64,000 nt of DNA, taken from assembly GCA_046563655.1 (NCBI GenBank), contig CM102289.1:6448001-6512000 (forward strand), written 5' to 3'. The stretch comes from Yuukianura sp. NJ FZ-2021. Its lineage: Eukaryota. Shown here in pieces: positions 52,023 to 64,000 of the stretch (its first letter is position 1; every line of letters begins with the position of its first letter). Under the pieces are notes generated by a model. The model was given only the letters and a program-made list of their open reading frames with translations. It searched no databases and was not told where the DNA came from. Made by a program: the position numbers and the translations under genes.

Positions 52023-52823
52023 TTATGATGAGACAACATCAGTGGCGTCATCATGTTTCCTTTTAGCGACATGAATTTTTCTGTTGGAAAGGCATGCGAC
52101 ATATGACTTTTCACCAAAACTCACTGAAAAAAACAACACGGGTAATATTCAAAACGTTAATTGGTGTTACTAGAATTTACCAGTAATCCGATTCCATTTA
52201 AATGGTCTGCTTGTATCGGAGCTACCATTGGGACAACCAGCGCTGGGTAATCCATTGACACCTTCACGTGAATCACCAGCTTCGGAATTTGGTCCATTGG
52301 TGTTCGTATCAACAGCCGTAAAATCTACAGGAAAAACGTTCGAAATCAAGCCAATGACATGCTGCGATGTAGATTCACTGCTTGCAAGCTCTCCAGAAGA
52401 CTACAAAAATAAAACAAAACAGCAATGCATTCCCTCTGCTCTGTTAGAATGGACGTTTGAACAATTTCCCAATCCTTATGAAAAGTATCGTATAGTTAAG
52501 TAATTCAATAAAAGTTAACATTAATCGATACCAGTTGGAAACTTACCGAAACTACTGTTCCGTCCTCCTGCATCACCATATGACCCAATTGACCTGGGAC
52601 CTTGTCTAGATGCACCATATTCTAAAAAAAGTAAATATTAATCCTGTATTTTAAATATTATCAAAACTTAATTAACCAAGTAGTAATTTGAAGTAATCGT
52701 GAGTGAATATGACTTGTTACCTTTAGCAGATACGGTACTCGGACTTTTAAAAAACCCTGGACGAAAATTATCCTCAATCTCTACCTCCACGATTTGCAAA
52801 ACGTTTTCAGCAAAAACAGAAAC
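52023..52823 (-). CDS. Candidate orphan multi-exon gene (exons 52823-52721, 52621-52547, 52324-52181, 52123-52023); start codon not found
   Basis: Three phase-1 GT-AG introns and internal exons of 75 and 144 nt keep one open frame: VSVFAENVLQIVEVEIEDNFRPGFFKSPSTVSAKEYGASRQGPRSIGSYGDAGGRNSSFDFTAVDTNTNGPNSEAGDSREGVNGLPSAGCPNGSSDTSRPFKWNRITVSFGEKSYVACLSNRKIHVAKRKHDDATDVVSS*. Confidence 0.45.
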
Positions 52824-53751
52824 CTTGTTGCAAGTTCAAATTCAAAACAATTTGAAATTGGAATTATTTATTGACAACTTTGAATTTCTTTGATTCGCGC
52901 CGGAGTTTACGCTTTGTTGAACATTGCTGTACTGTAGAAAAGCATCAAATAAAAATCGTACATCAAAAATAATAAACTATTTTGAAGAATTTGAAATGTA
53001 AATTATTTTTGAAATTCTTTATAGCTTTAAAGTCTATCTTTATAACAGCTCTACAGCTCAACTATGGAAGCAGGTGAAGTATTTATGGCAAATAAAATTT
53101 AATGATTTAGACAAAAACAAAAGCTTTAAAAAAATCATTGTTGATTGGGATTTCTGGTTTAATTAATTAGACCGACGCCATTTACGGAAAAATTTCATTT
53201 GCAATTTCTGGACAATTGCAGGATTTCATGCCAATTTTTGTTTTGCGTCGTTTCCTATTAATCCATAATCCATATCCACGTTTTGTTCATCAGTGCAAAG
53301 AATGACGGTCAGGGTTACTACGTCCATCAGTCGAAAACTGAAAAGATAAAAGGTTAACTTTGAGGATTAAAAGTCGGAACAATTTTTTGTCCTAAAACGC
53401 TAAAAAGGCAATTAATAGTCATAAATTTCCAATAGATTTCAAAGCAAGGATTTAGTACATTTTATGGCACATGGGAATTATGTTAAATTTCTCAGAAATT
53501 TGAATTTTGAACCAGGTGGGGCACAGAGCGTTAGCGTTTGGTTTTAAAACGAACAATGGCAGAATCATTTTTTAATAGTTGTAAATGGATTAGCGAATTT
53601 ACGAAGTCACACTCGAAGATCAACTGGCCGCAAGTCACTAATATAAAATACTTTCCATAATTTTTTTGGTTCTACACTTTCTAAAAATTTGAGAACTAAA
53701 AGTTGAAAAAAATACATGCAGTTTCAGATTCAGAAAAACTGAATCCGAGTC

Positions 53752-56700
53752 ATGCAAGTGCTCTTAATAATTTCAGCCATTGTTTTGGCAAGCGCAAAAC
53801 AACACACCGAAGGTATGTTTAATTTTGAAATTTATTTTGACACTGCAGGGAAGCTTTTTAAGGAAATTTTTTCTATACTAAAAATTTTTCATAGACTTTG
53901 ATTGCTGGACTCTTCCAAACGGAGACTACAAAAATCCGGCCGATTGCGCATCATTTTACCAATGTTCTGGTGGAAACGCATACTTACGACCATGTCCCGC
54001 TGGTCTCCTGTTTAACGAAAAAAATGGAGTCTGTGATTGGCCATCCAATGTCGACTGTGAAACGGATTCAGAACCTGCATCGACCACAGTTGCAGCGGAA
54101 CATCCAACAACTGTACAGGCTGACTTCGATTGCTCTGGAAAACCAAACGGAAAATATCCAAATCCTCAGAACTGCTCCACATTTTACAAATGTTCAAATG
54201 GATATGACTATCTGTATGACTGTCCAGCAAATTTAGTATTTAATCCAAAGACGCTCGACTGTGACTGGCGGGAGAATGTTCCATCTTGTTCTGGACATCC
54301 AGAACCAACAGTTCAGCCATCCACAACAGTGGCTACAGAAATTCCGACCACAACTGAAGTTGCTACTGACGCTCCACCTACTCCTGAGCCATCGACGGAA
54401 GCTGAAATTCCAGAGACAACCGAGGCTGAAATTCCAGAAACAACTGTAGCTGAAATTCCAGAAACTACTGAAGCTGAGCTTCCAGAAACAACGGAAGACG
54501 ACTCTTCTGATCAAACAACGGAAGACGGTTCTACTGAAGAAACAACTGAACATGGTTCTTCTGAAGAAACAACAGAAGACGGCTCGTCGGAGGAAACAAC
54601 TGAAGCTGAAATTCCCGAAACAACAGAAGCTGAAATTCCAGAAACAACGGAAGATGGCTCTTCTGAAGAAACAACTGAAGATGGTTCTTCTGAAGAAACC
54701 ACCGAAGATGGGTCTTCCGAGGAAACAACTGAAGCTGAAATTCCAGAAACAACTCAAGCTGAAATTCCCGAAACAACCGAAGCTGAAATTCCAGAAACAA
54801 CTGAAAATGGCTCTTCTGAAGAAACAACTGAAGATGGTTCCTCTGAAGAAACCACCGAAGATGGCTCTTCCGAGGAAACAACTGAAGATGGTTCTTCCGA
54901 AGAAACCACCGAAGATGGCTCTTCCGAGGAAACAACTGAAGCTGAAATTCCAGAAACAACTGAAGCTGAGATTCCAGAAACAACCGAAGCTGAAATTCCA
55001 GAAACAACTGAAAATGGCTCTTCTGAAGAAACAACTGAAGATGGTTCTTCTGAAGAAACCACCGAAGATGGCTCTTCCGAGGAAACAACTGAAGCTGAAA
55101 TTCCAGAAACAACTGAAGATGGCTCTTCTGAAGAAACAACTGAAGATGGTTCCTCTGAAGAAACCACCGAAGATGGCTCTTCCGAGGAAACAACTGAAGA
55201 TGGTTCCTCTGAAGAAACCACCGAAGATGGCTCTTCCGAGGAAACAACTGAAGATGGTTCTTCTGAAGAAACCACCGAAGATGGCTCTTCCGAGGAAACA
55301 ACTGAAGCTGAAATTCCCGAAACAACACAAGCTGAAATTCCAGAAACAACTGAAGATGGCTCTTCTGAAGAAACAACTGAAGATGGTTCTTCTGAAGAAA
55401 CCACCGAAGATGGCTCTTCTGAAGAAACAACTGAAGATGGTTCTTCTGAAGAAACCACCGAAGATGGCTCTTCCGAGGAAACAACTGAAGCTGAAATTCC
55501 AGAAACAACTGAAGATGGTTCTTCTGAAGAAACAACTGAAGATGGTTCTTCTGAAGAAACCACCGAAGATGGCTCTTCCGAGGAAACAACTGAAGCTGAA
55601 ATTCCTGAAACAACTGAAGCTGAAATCCCAGAAACAACTGAAGCTGAAATTCCTGAAACAACTGAAGCTGAAATTCCAGAAACAACAGAAGGCGGGTCTT
55701 CTGAAGAAACAACCGAAGATGGATCGTCTGAAGAAACAACCGAAGATGCCTCTTCTGAGGAAACAACCGAATCTAACCTTCCAGAAACGACAGAAGATGA
55801 CGGAACTCCAGACCCAACGCCTGAGCAACCATTTGATTGTACTGGAAAACCAGACGGAGACTATCCAAATCCTGAGAACTGCTCCACATTTTACAAATGT
55901 TCAAATGAATATACCTTTTTGTTTGACTGTCCAGCAAATTTAGTATTCAATCCAAAGACACTCGATTGTGATTGGAGGGAGAATGTGCCATCTTGTTCTG
56001 GTAATCCAGAACCAACAGTGCAGCCATCCACTACGTTGGCTATAGAACATCCATCCACAATTGAAGCTACTACAGACACTCCAACAACTCCTGAGCCGAC
56101 GACGGAAGCTGAACTTCCAGAGACAACTGAATCGGAAATTCCAGAAACAACTGAAGCGGAAATTCCAGAGACGACAGAAGTAGAAGAGGGCACTCCAGTC
56201 CCAACGACTGAGAAACCGTTTGATTGTAATGGGAAACCAAACGGAAAATATCCAAATCCTAAGGACTGTTACACCTATTACAAATGCTCAAATGGGTACG
56301 CCTATCTCCATGACTGTCCCAAAGAACAAGTTTTTAACCCGGAGACATTTGCTTGTGACGACTTGGAAAATGTACCATCATGTCAGGCCGGGTCAACTGA
56401 GGTTCCGACAACACCGGAGCCAGCAACCACCGAGGAAACAACTACTACTACAACTACCGAACAACCGACCACGACTGTCACAACGGAAGAGCCAACTACG
56501 ACCAACACGACTACAACGGAAGAGCAGCCTACGACAAATACGACAACAACGGAAGAACCAACTCCGACAAATACGACAATAACGGAAGAGCCAACTACAA
56601 CCAATGCAACAATAACGGAAGCTCCAACTACGACAAATGCGACAACGGAAGAGCCAACTACGACAAGCGAAGCACCGGTAGGGTTTAACTGCGACGGAAA

Positions 56701-57151
56701 GCCCGACGGTCTTTATCAAAATCCTGAAGATTGTTACACATTCTACTATTGTTCCAACGGTTACGACTATCTCTTTGACTGTCCAGCCAAGTTAGTCTTT
56801 AATCCTGACTTAGACCCACCCAAATGCGACTACTTGATCAATGTGCCATCATGTCAATCGGGAAAACCTGAACCTCCGACTACTGCAGCGCCGACAACAA
56901 CCGAGGCACCAGATAATACAACAACAACAGGGCGACCAACTACGACAACAACAACAACGAAAGCTCCTGAAGGTTTTAGCTGCGCAGGGAAACCCAGCGG
57001 TCTGTATCCAAATCCAGCCAGTTGTACGACATTCTACAAATGCTCCAACTACATCGCATACTTGTACGACTGTCCCTCTGGTCTCCATTTCAATCCCAAG
57101 TTGCTCGTCTGTGATTGGCCATCCAATGCTAACTGCGTCATCAGCGCCTAA
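53752..57151 (+). CDS. Peritrophin / intestinal-mucin-like protein with six CBM14 (peritrophin-A) domains, ~1105 aa (exons 53752-53812, 53895-57151)
   Basis: Signal peptide [22 protein letters not shown] near 53642; six six-Cys domains of the form FDCxGKPxGxYPNPxxCxTFYxCSNG..CPxxLxFNP...CDW...C, separated by Thr/Glu-rich linkers. Confidence 0.95.
54393..55800 (+). repeat. Coding minisatellite with interleaved 24-nt (TEAEIPET) and 27-nt (TEDGSSEET) units
   Basis: Directly visible: actgaagctgaaattccagaaaca and actgaagatggttcttctgaagaaacc type units in alternating runs. Confidence 0.97.
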
Positions 57152-57466
57152 AAATGTTTACGTCATCATCATTGCGCGTAGTGATTCTATTGATAGCAAA
57201 TTCTTTAAAACCCCGCCGATTATAATCATTTGTAGCTAGTCCCGGAATAACCATAAACTTAATCACTCCCAATAAATCTGTAAAACTGACAAAACTTACT
57301 AATTTTATTTTCATTTCGTTTTCATTTTAATGCGTCCCAACTAACGATGTGGAGCTGATTTTACAACAATGTTTAAGAATGCTGATTTGCAATAAACTGA
57401 AATCGCCAAACTGATTTTTGCAAATTATTTTTACTGGAATATTTAAAAAAGTTTGAGTTCTTAAAT

Positions 57467-57554
57467 ACTCTCAAGCGTCACAAAAGCCAACTCTCAAGCG
57501 TCACTTTTCGCAATGAGTGTTTTGAAAAACCGCGAAACCAGAGAACGCGGGAAA
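57467..57554. promoter_or_regulatory. Putative CHAF1A promoter elements: 15-bp direct repeat plus E2F-like sites
   Basis: actctcaagcgtcac occurs twice, followed by CGCGAAA (~57531) and GCGGGAAA (57547-57554), which match E2F-type motifs, upstream of a replication-coupled gene. Confidence 0.45.
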
Positions 57555-58193
57555 CAGTTTATGGAAAAAAGAAAAATTGGTCTGTGTAACAGATACACCA
57601 AACTTGAGTTCGTCACAAGGAAGGGATGGGTGTATATGGTTCAATGAGAATTTTAGAATGTTACTGTTACTCCTTGTTTTCTTATTCTATGCAACGAGAT
57701 ACATAATGGATTAAAATTAATGTGAAGTATAATAAAGTGAAAACGATTTTAAATAGAGAAAGATATAAAAATGTCAAAAATTTCATAGCAATGATGCCCG
57801 GCGGCGGAGATGGTGGCAACGAATGGAGTGAAGTGAAAGTGAAACCCTTGCTAAATCCAAAAGAAAAAAATTGTTATGTACCATTTTTTCATTTTTACTT
57901 TTATTTTAACTTCTAGTTTTTAAAAATTTATGTTATTGTTGTTGCTGAGTTAATTGGTTAATGTAACGAGTGGGAACGTTTTGTAAATCGTACAGGTCGA
58001 AGTGAATAAATGTCATCAACTTTACTGGCACTGTAAGTCTGGTAAACTCTGGTTTCCAATTTCCAATCCATGTATTGAATCGAATCAGTAATAGAAAATC
58101 AGCGTTTCTTTATTTTAGGCTTTCGCTTTAGCGTGGTCAACAAGGACAGCTGTTTGATTGAATTGGATTAATCGTTTACAAAATATCTTATCG

Positions 58194-59929
58194 ATGTCAG
58201 ATACTCCGAAGCAAAGGTAATGCAATTTGTATTAAAATACCGTATTAATTAATAGTCACAATTTAAAAAAATCAAAGAAAAAAAGAAATAGATTATTGGA
58301 GCTTGCTTAGTAACGTTTAGTTTTTGTTTCGTTTTTTTCTTTTGCAGTCCCAGCCCGATGGGGAGCAAAGTGAAGAACGTCGTTGACAGGCAAAAGCGCG
58401 AAGAGGAACGGCTAGAGCGAATACGTCAGAAAGAAGCCGAAAGACTTCGGAAAGAAGAAGAGAAGCGATTACGTGAAGAGGAACGGAAACGTAAAGAAAT
58501 TGAAAAGGAGGCTGAAAAGGCTCGAAAGGAGGAAGAAAAGCGGAAGAAGGACGAGGAACGAGAGCAGGAGCGTCTGCGTAAAGAAGAAGAGAAACGTAAA
58601 CGGGAGGAGGAACGCCTGCGTAAAGAGGAAGAGAAACGTAAGAAGGATGAAGAACTAAAACAGGAACGCTTGCGTAAAGAAGAAGAAAAACGACAAAAAG
58701 ACGAAGAAAAACGACAAAAGGAGGAGGAAAGGGAACAAGAGCGTTTGAAACGGGAAGAGGAAAAGCGTAAACGTGAAGATGAGAAGGAGCAGGAACGATT
58801 GAAGAAGAAGATGAAGCTTGATGAAAAGGAGCAGAAGACCAGGAAGCAAGCTGAGTTCATGCAAAGCTTCCTAAAAAAGAGTACTACGCCCGTTGCAAAC
58901 AATACTCCATCAACAACCGCAGCCGATACGTCCATGGAAATTGATAGCCCGGAAACGCCAAAATTTCGAGCTATGCCTTTTCAGCTCAAAAGTGGTATGG
59001 CCCTCGCTCCAGTTCATCGCCGTCCTTCACAGTCGTTACGGTCAGTGCGGAAGGAACTTTTCGGTACTCACAGTGAGGAAGGGAAAGAAGCGGACATGCC
59101 TGATTTTGAACCATATCTGATCGAAATCAAAAAGAGAGGAGGAAGGAAGACGAAGCGGACAGAAGTGATTAAATCGGTGGACGACGAAGTTGAAATAATT
59201 GATCCAAAGAATATCATTGAGAATCCTACCGAAGCTGGACTGATCAAGTGGCGATGGAAACTATTACAATTTGATAAGTCGCGACGACCCGCTTACTGGG
59301 GGACCTGGAAGCGAAGAGCAACAAAAATTAAACCTCGTACTCCATTTGCTAAGGAGGACGTGAGTCCCATCTAATCTGTTGTTAATTCCAACTCGATTTA
59401 TATTTTATATTTTGCGTTTATAGGAAATTGACTACGAGTTTGATTCTGATGACGAGTGGGAGGATGAACCTGAAGACGGAGAAGATTTGGGTGACAAAGA
59501 TGATGACGACAAGGAAGAAGATGAGAAGTGTTCGGTTGGCGACGACGAGGATGAAGACGATTTTCTCGTTCCACATGGTTACCTTTCAGATGACGAAGGC
59601 GGTGTTGCTGAGTATCGTGATAAGGACACACTCAAGAATTTAGAAGACCAGTTTTACCGGGATTTGAAAAAAGAAAATATTGTAAGTTTACGTTTCATTC
59701 ACTGAAAAACTAAACCCACGACAGAGCATGTACTTATTTTTTCCTCTTACTTCGCCAGAATGGATATCCAGTAATTGAAACAGAGAACCTTGAGCAGTAT
59801 GCAATGATATTCTACCCAACTGAAGAAGATGAGAGTGACATTCCCGACGGTGATACTGACGACGAAATAGAGATCATATCCGTTGTTCCGGCTCCTCTGA
59901 CACCGGTAGTCGCTGTTATTGAGACGTGA
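58194..59929 (+). CDS. CHAF1A: Chromatin assembly factor 1 subunit A (p150/p180), compact form
   Basis: Long K/E/R helix; PIP-like QAEFMQSFL; WKLLQFDKSRRPAYWGTW; acidic IDYEFDSDDEWEDE; DDFLVPHGYLSDDEG. Four coding exons; stop at 59927-59929. Confidence 0.9.
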
Positions 59930-60306
59930 GGCGCTAAATTTCAGGACCCTATGAGGAGTGTCATCCGGCGCCAAACTTCAACTCATAAACCCTGATGTCT
60001 CATTTGCATATTTTACACTTCAAAAGTGAGAGAGAGGGACCCCTCTTTCTTCCTCTCTTTGCAATTTACAAATTTTCAGTAACGTCGTAGATCTTTGTTT
60101 ACTAAATTACCTAATTGCTATTGTTCACTGTAAAAACTCGGGTAACTATATTGTTAAGACTATTTTCAACAACATGGAAGGACCTTAGACGTAAGAACTA
60201 AGCGTAATAAATCCTTTTTCTAAGATGCAGCATTTCTCTATTTTTGTTATGTTTTTATGATGCGTAGTTGAAAACGATTGTTGAAAAGTGGCGGTGGAAC
60301 GACGCA

Positions 60307-63209
60307 ATGTCGAAGTCACTGCCGAAAAGTCTAATAGGGAAGTCCTTGGAAGAGTTCAGTAGTTTTTTGTTCGAACAGAAAGGGAAAAGTAAGTCAATTC
60401 ATTGAATAAAATGTATAGCCGATCATGAACGTCGAATTTTGGATATCATTTCACAGTTGATGATGTCGCCGCACAAGGACTTTTACTCCGGCCAATCAAA
60501 CCGGATCCTGATGGTGATGCGGCACAAGTTCAAGGCCAGGGGGATGCGGAGATACCGAACAAAGTTCCGGACCATTGTGAGTTATCGTTTCGGAACTTTT
60601 AATGTGACGATAACTTGAGACCTTTTCGTTTTATCTGTGACATTAATGCAGTGACTTACCTGTTTGGACGGTACCCAATGGACGACGTCTTTTCTGTAAC
60701 GAGATGCAATTACTGCGAACGAGTTATATCGTCTACGTACATGGAGAAACACGTTGACGGTATTTCGATTAACGATTCATTCGTCGTAGTTTAGTCACCA
60801 AGAATATGTGTTTCTGCGCTGATATAATATTATGTTTGTAATGATTAGAATGCGCTAAGATCCCGCAAGTTGTAAAAGATGAACTGCACCTTCTAATTTA
60901 TGGAAGAAAGTTCAGAATTGGACCCACCAGAAGAGTCAGTTCAACTGGCGAAAAGCCATCTACCGCTGCATCACGATTAGCAAAGCAGTCATCTCCCTCG
61001 CCAGAACTTAATCTACAGCCACCTAAGTCCAGCCGTTCATCTACAGTTTCGTCTCGAACATGCTCCTCTGCCCCGTCATCACCTACAGCAGGGTCATCGA
61101 ATGCATCGATTACCCAATCGCTAGAAAAGGGCCCTCCTCTGATACCTCTCAACTACTCATTCCCCACGATCAAAATTCAAAAGTCTGATTCTCCTAACTC
61201 TTATGAAGGAAAGTCCAAGGCCCCACCTTCTCCCGTTGTCCCATCATCCGAACCGCTCAAAATCAAGAAAGAAAAGACGCTTGTTCCACCATCTACACCG
61301 CCACCATCAGCTTCTACTATGAAGATCAAACCTTCTGTTGTGCTCAAGATCAAAGGGAACACCTCAACTACGACTACTGTTCCTGGAAGGGTTGCAGTTG
61401 ATTCTGTCTCAGCGACTGAATCTGTTCCATCCCCTCTGGCTTCTGTAGAAATCAATCAAACTGTTACCAGTCCAAAACCAGAAGTAGCTCCGGTTGTTGT
61501 AAAAATCGAACCCCAAACTCCTCGAACTATTCAAGAAGCACCAGTACCGAGTGTAGTAATTTCCCTTGGTCAAATTCCTAAGGTAGAACTCAAATCCCCG
61601 AATCCGACTGAAGTCATCGTGAAACCCAAAAAGAAAGCGTCAAAACATGAAGCCAGGAAGGTGATTCCTCTGAGAGAACGCTGTTTTAATCCGGATGAAC
61701 ACTGCGGCGTATTCGACGCTGATGGGATACAATGCAAGAGGTCACTCACTTGTAAAACTCACTCAATGGCTCTGCGTCGTGCCGTTCCAGGCAGAAGTTT
61801 TCCTTTCGACAGTCTAATTTCAACGCAAAAACAGGCTAGACATAAGGCAAGGTTGGCTAAACAAGCGACCACTTCACCGGGTTCTCCAAACGTAAATTGT
61901 TTATTTCAAATCAGAATTCGATTTTACAAGTTTTATCGAATTGAATCTTATTTAGATCGGCGTTTCAGCATTGGTTGGCTCTAGCAGTGATGGATCGTCT
62001 GACGCTTCACGGCTGTCGTTGTCGTCAGCGTCAGCCATAACTTCCCCACCAGCATCAGTTACTACTGGACAACAAAATCGTCCTCTTTTACCTCCCAAAT
62101 CGAATTCAACTGTAACTTTACAAAAATTGTTGAACAGCGGTATTCAATACGGAGATACATCTATAAAGAGTCCAACAGTTTTCCAATTGAATCCTAATCG
62201 AATTGTTGCCTCGTCCTTGAGCACGGCGGTGCCAACTGTGGCACATCCTAAGAAAAAGAAAATTAAGAAGATCAAAGACCCTGGGGATTCGGCAATCAAA
62301 CTCCAATTGGTGACAAAGGAACCTACAGGATTTGACTATGTGACGCACATTGTCCCTCCAGAGTATGAGGTATGTCAATTTGACGTTTTCACGTCGTTAA
62401 AACTTTCATTTAGTTCATTCTAACCATCTAAACTGAAATGTCGTATTCTTTTACAGGGTATGACGCATCCGGAAGCACCCCAGCAGATAGAACCGTCTTT
62501 TAAGAATGGAAAAAATGTGTTGCTGCTTCATGAGTTTCCGGGCAAGCTGTTCCTCGAGCCATTTCCGTTTGTAGCCGTTCCTGTTGGACGTAAAAACAAG
62601 GAAAAATGGAAGCGGCACTGCCCAAAAATACTTGTAGACTCAGACAACTATCATCCCATGGCTAAGAAACTAAAACGAACCGAATCAATGGAACGCCTAG
62701 TACTACTTTCCGCTGGACAATGGATGCGTCACCATCAGAAAAAAGTTTCAGAAAAGCTAGCCATGGGTTCAGTTTCTTCAAACGATGGCGCTGTTGCTGC
62801 CCAGCCTCAGCCACCACAACCCACCGCAGATTCGGAACCAGTTTTGAAGAAAGTTTGTTTTCGACTTCATGCCAAGAAACTTTGTAGACCTCATCACGCT
62901 CGCAACGGAGGTTCGTATCTGGATGTCACAAAACACGTTGGGCCGCTTATAGAAGTTACGCAAGCGCTCAACGGACTGTCGACTGTAACGCCCAACGACT
63001 TTTCAGCTACACCTTCTTTGGCTAACTTTGACTCTGTCGACATGGTCAATATTGCTGCGGATGGTGTTGGACAGCAACAACAAATGTCGCCAGAGTCCTG
63101 TGAAGAAAATAGTAGCACTTGGATGGTTGAATCGATACCGAACATACCGGATGCCCCTGTAGGCGATAGTGAGTTACATAAATTGTTAGCTTCGCAGTTT
63201 GAAGACTAG
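60307..63209 (+). CDS. ATXN7: Ataxin-7 / Sgf73-like SAGA deubiquitination-module subunit, multi-exon
   Basis: N-terminal zinc finger LFGRYPMDDVFSVTRCNYCERVISSTYMEKHVDEC and SCA7 domain RERCFNPDEHCGVFDADGIQCKRSLTCKTHSMALRRAVPGRSFPFD, with Ser/Pro-rich linkers. Confidence 0.85.
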
Positions 63210-64000
63210 TTCAACTTAATTATCTGCTAAGGAACTTCGCCTGAATCGTCGTTTTTGATTCACTCTTCAAAAAACAAAAGCAAAAAAAGGAAGTCTGTAT
63301 TTAATTAATCTGTGACGTTGATTTTTGTGATGAGTTTAAACTCCCTTAAAGCCAATCTGCGGTAATCAGGGAGCTGTCAATTGTCATTTGTCAAAAAGCA
63401 ATAGCATAATATGCTTATGCTTTCAATTTTAAACGGGAAACGCTGTTTAGTTGTAAAAGTTCGCCTGCGTGCGGATAAGTATTAACCGACATTTGGAGTG
63501 TAAAAATGTCTTCAAAATTGCCCTGTGATTTGTATTTTCCGCATAATTTGTAACATACGTAGTTTAATTTAACCGTTTGTTGTGTGACTACGCTGCTCCT
63601 GTGGTAGGGAAGCCGTTTTAAAATTTAGTATAAGGAGTTACAGTTAATTTATGAAAAGACAAGAAACTGAAAACTGAAATGTGTTAAGTTTATGTTTCAG
63701 CCACTGGGTTTTGAACAATGAAACATTTTGACTGAAAATCAACATTATAACCTGCCAATCATCGTTAATTTCTCAATTATGTTCCGTTTATTTAATTTAT
63801 CCTAATCAGAAATCCAGAATTTACGTCTAAAGTTTAAGTAAGTTATTATACCTAAGCAGTTAACTATTATACCTCATATTCAATTATGCAATTACTATGT
63901 GTAATTCTCAAGTTCTTGTGACTCAAAGCGTGTTTTTGTTGTAACAATTAATTGGTTTAGTAATGGTGTTGTACTAAAGACTTCATCAAGTTCAGTTAAT

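Noticed and set aside
54393..55800. CRISPR-like appearance of the regular repeats
   Set aside because: No unique spacers, no cas genes, and the array is in-frame coding sequence in a eukaryotic gene.
54233..55943. Long alternative-frame and antisense ORFs (531, 463, 411, 269 aa) over the mucin repeat
   Set aside because: They arise because the 24/27-nt units are multiples of three and stop-free in other frames; only the frame with the signal peptide and chitin-binding domains is coherent.
58426..58935. Antisense F/S/R-rich ORF
   Set aside because: Mirror of the CHAF1A KER low-complexity helix.

Overview
Eukaryotic, AT-rich, gene-dense window with many short (about 60-110 nt) spliceosomal introns. 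The gene content indicates an arthropod; a springtail (Collembola) is my best guess and is inference only. In order: partial MCT/SLC16 transporter; a nearly intronless ABCG half-transporter that looks fungal/plant-like (HGT candidate); a class V PLP aminotransferase (SufS-like); a ~335-bp fold-back; a two-exon secreted six-cysteine peptide missed by the ORF track; a lipocalin-like ORF; the ~22-kb uninflatable (uif) gene; a Helitron-like composite carrying a lipase exon fragment; a 7TM chemoreceptor-like gene; tandem MFSD4-like transporters; tandem Delta/Epsilon-like GSTs, one with a CTHC motif replacing the catalytic-Ser motif; an acid lipase; a candidate orphan multi-exon gene; a peritrophin/mucin with six chitin-binding domains and a two-unit acidic repeat; a compact CHAF1A; and an Ataxin-7-like gene. 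I recognised no rRNA, tRNA or CRISPR array. Exon boundaries were read by eye and no database searches were run.
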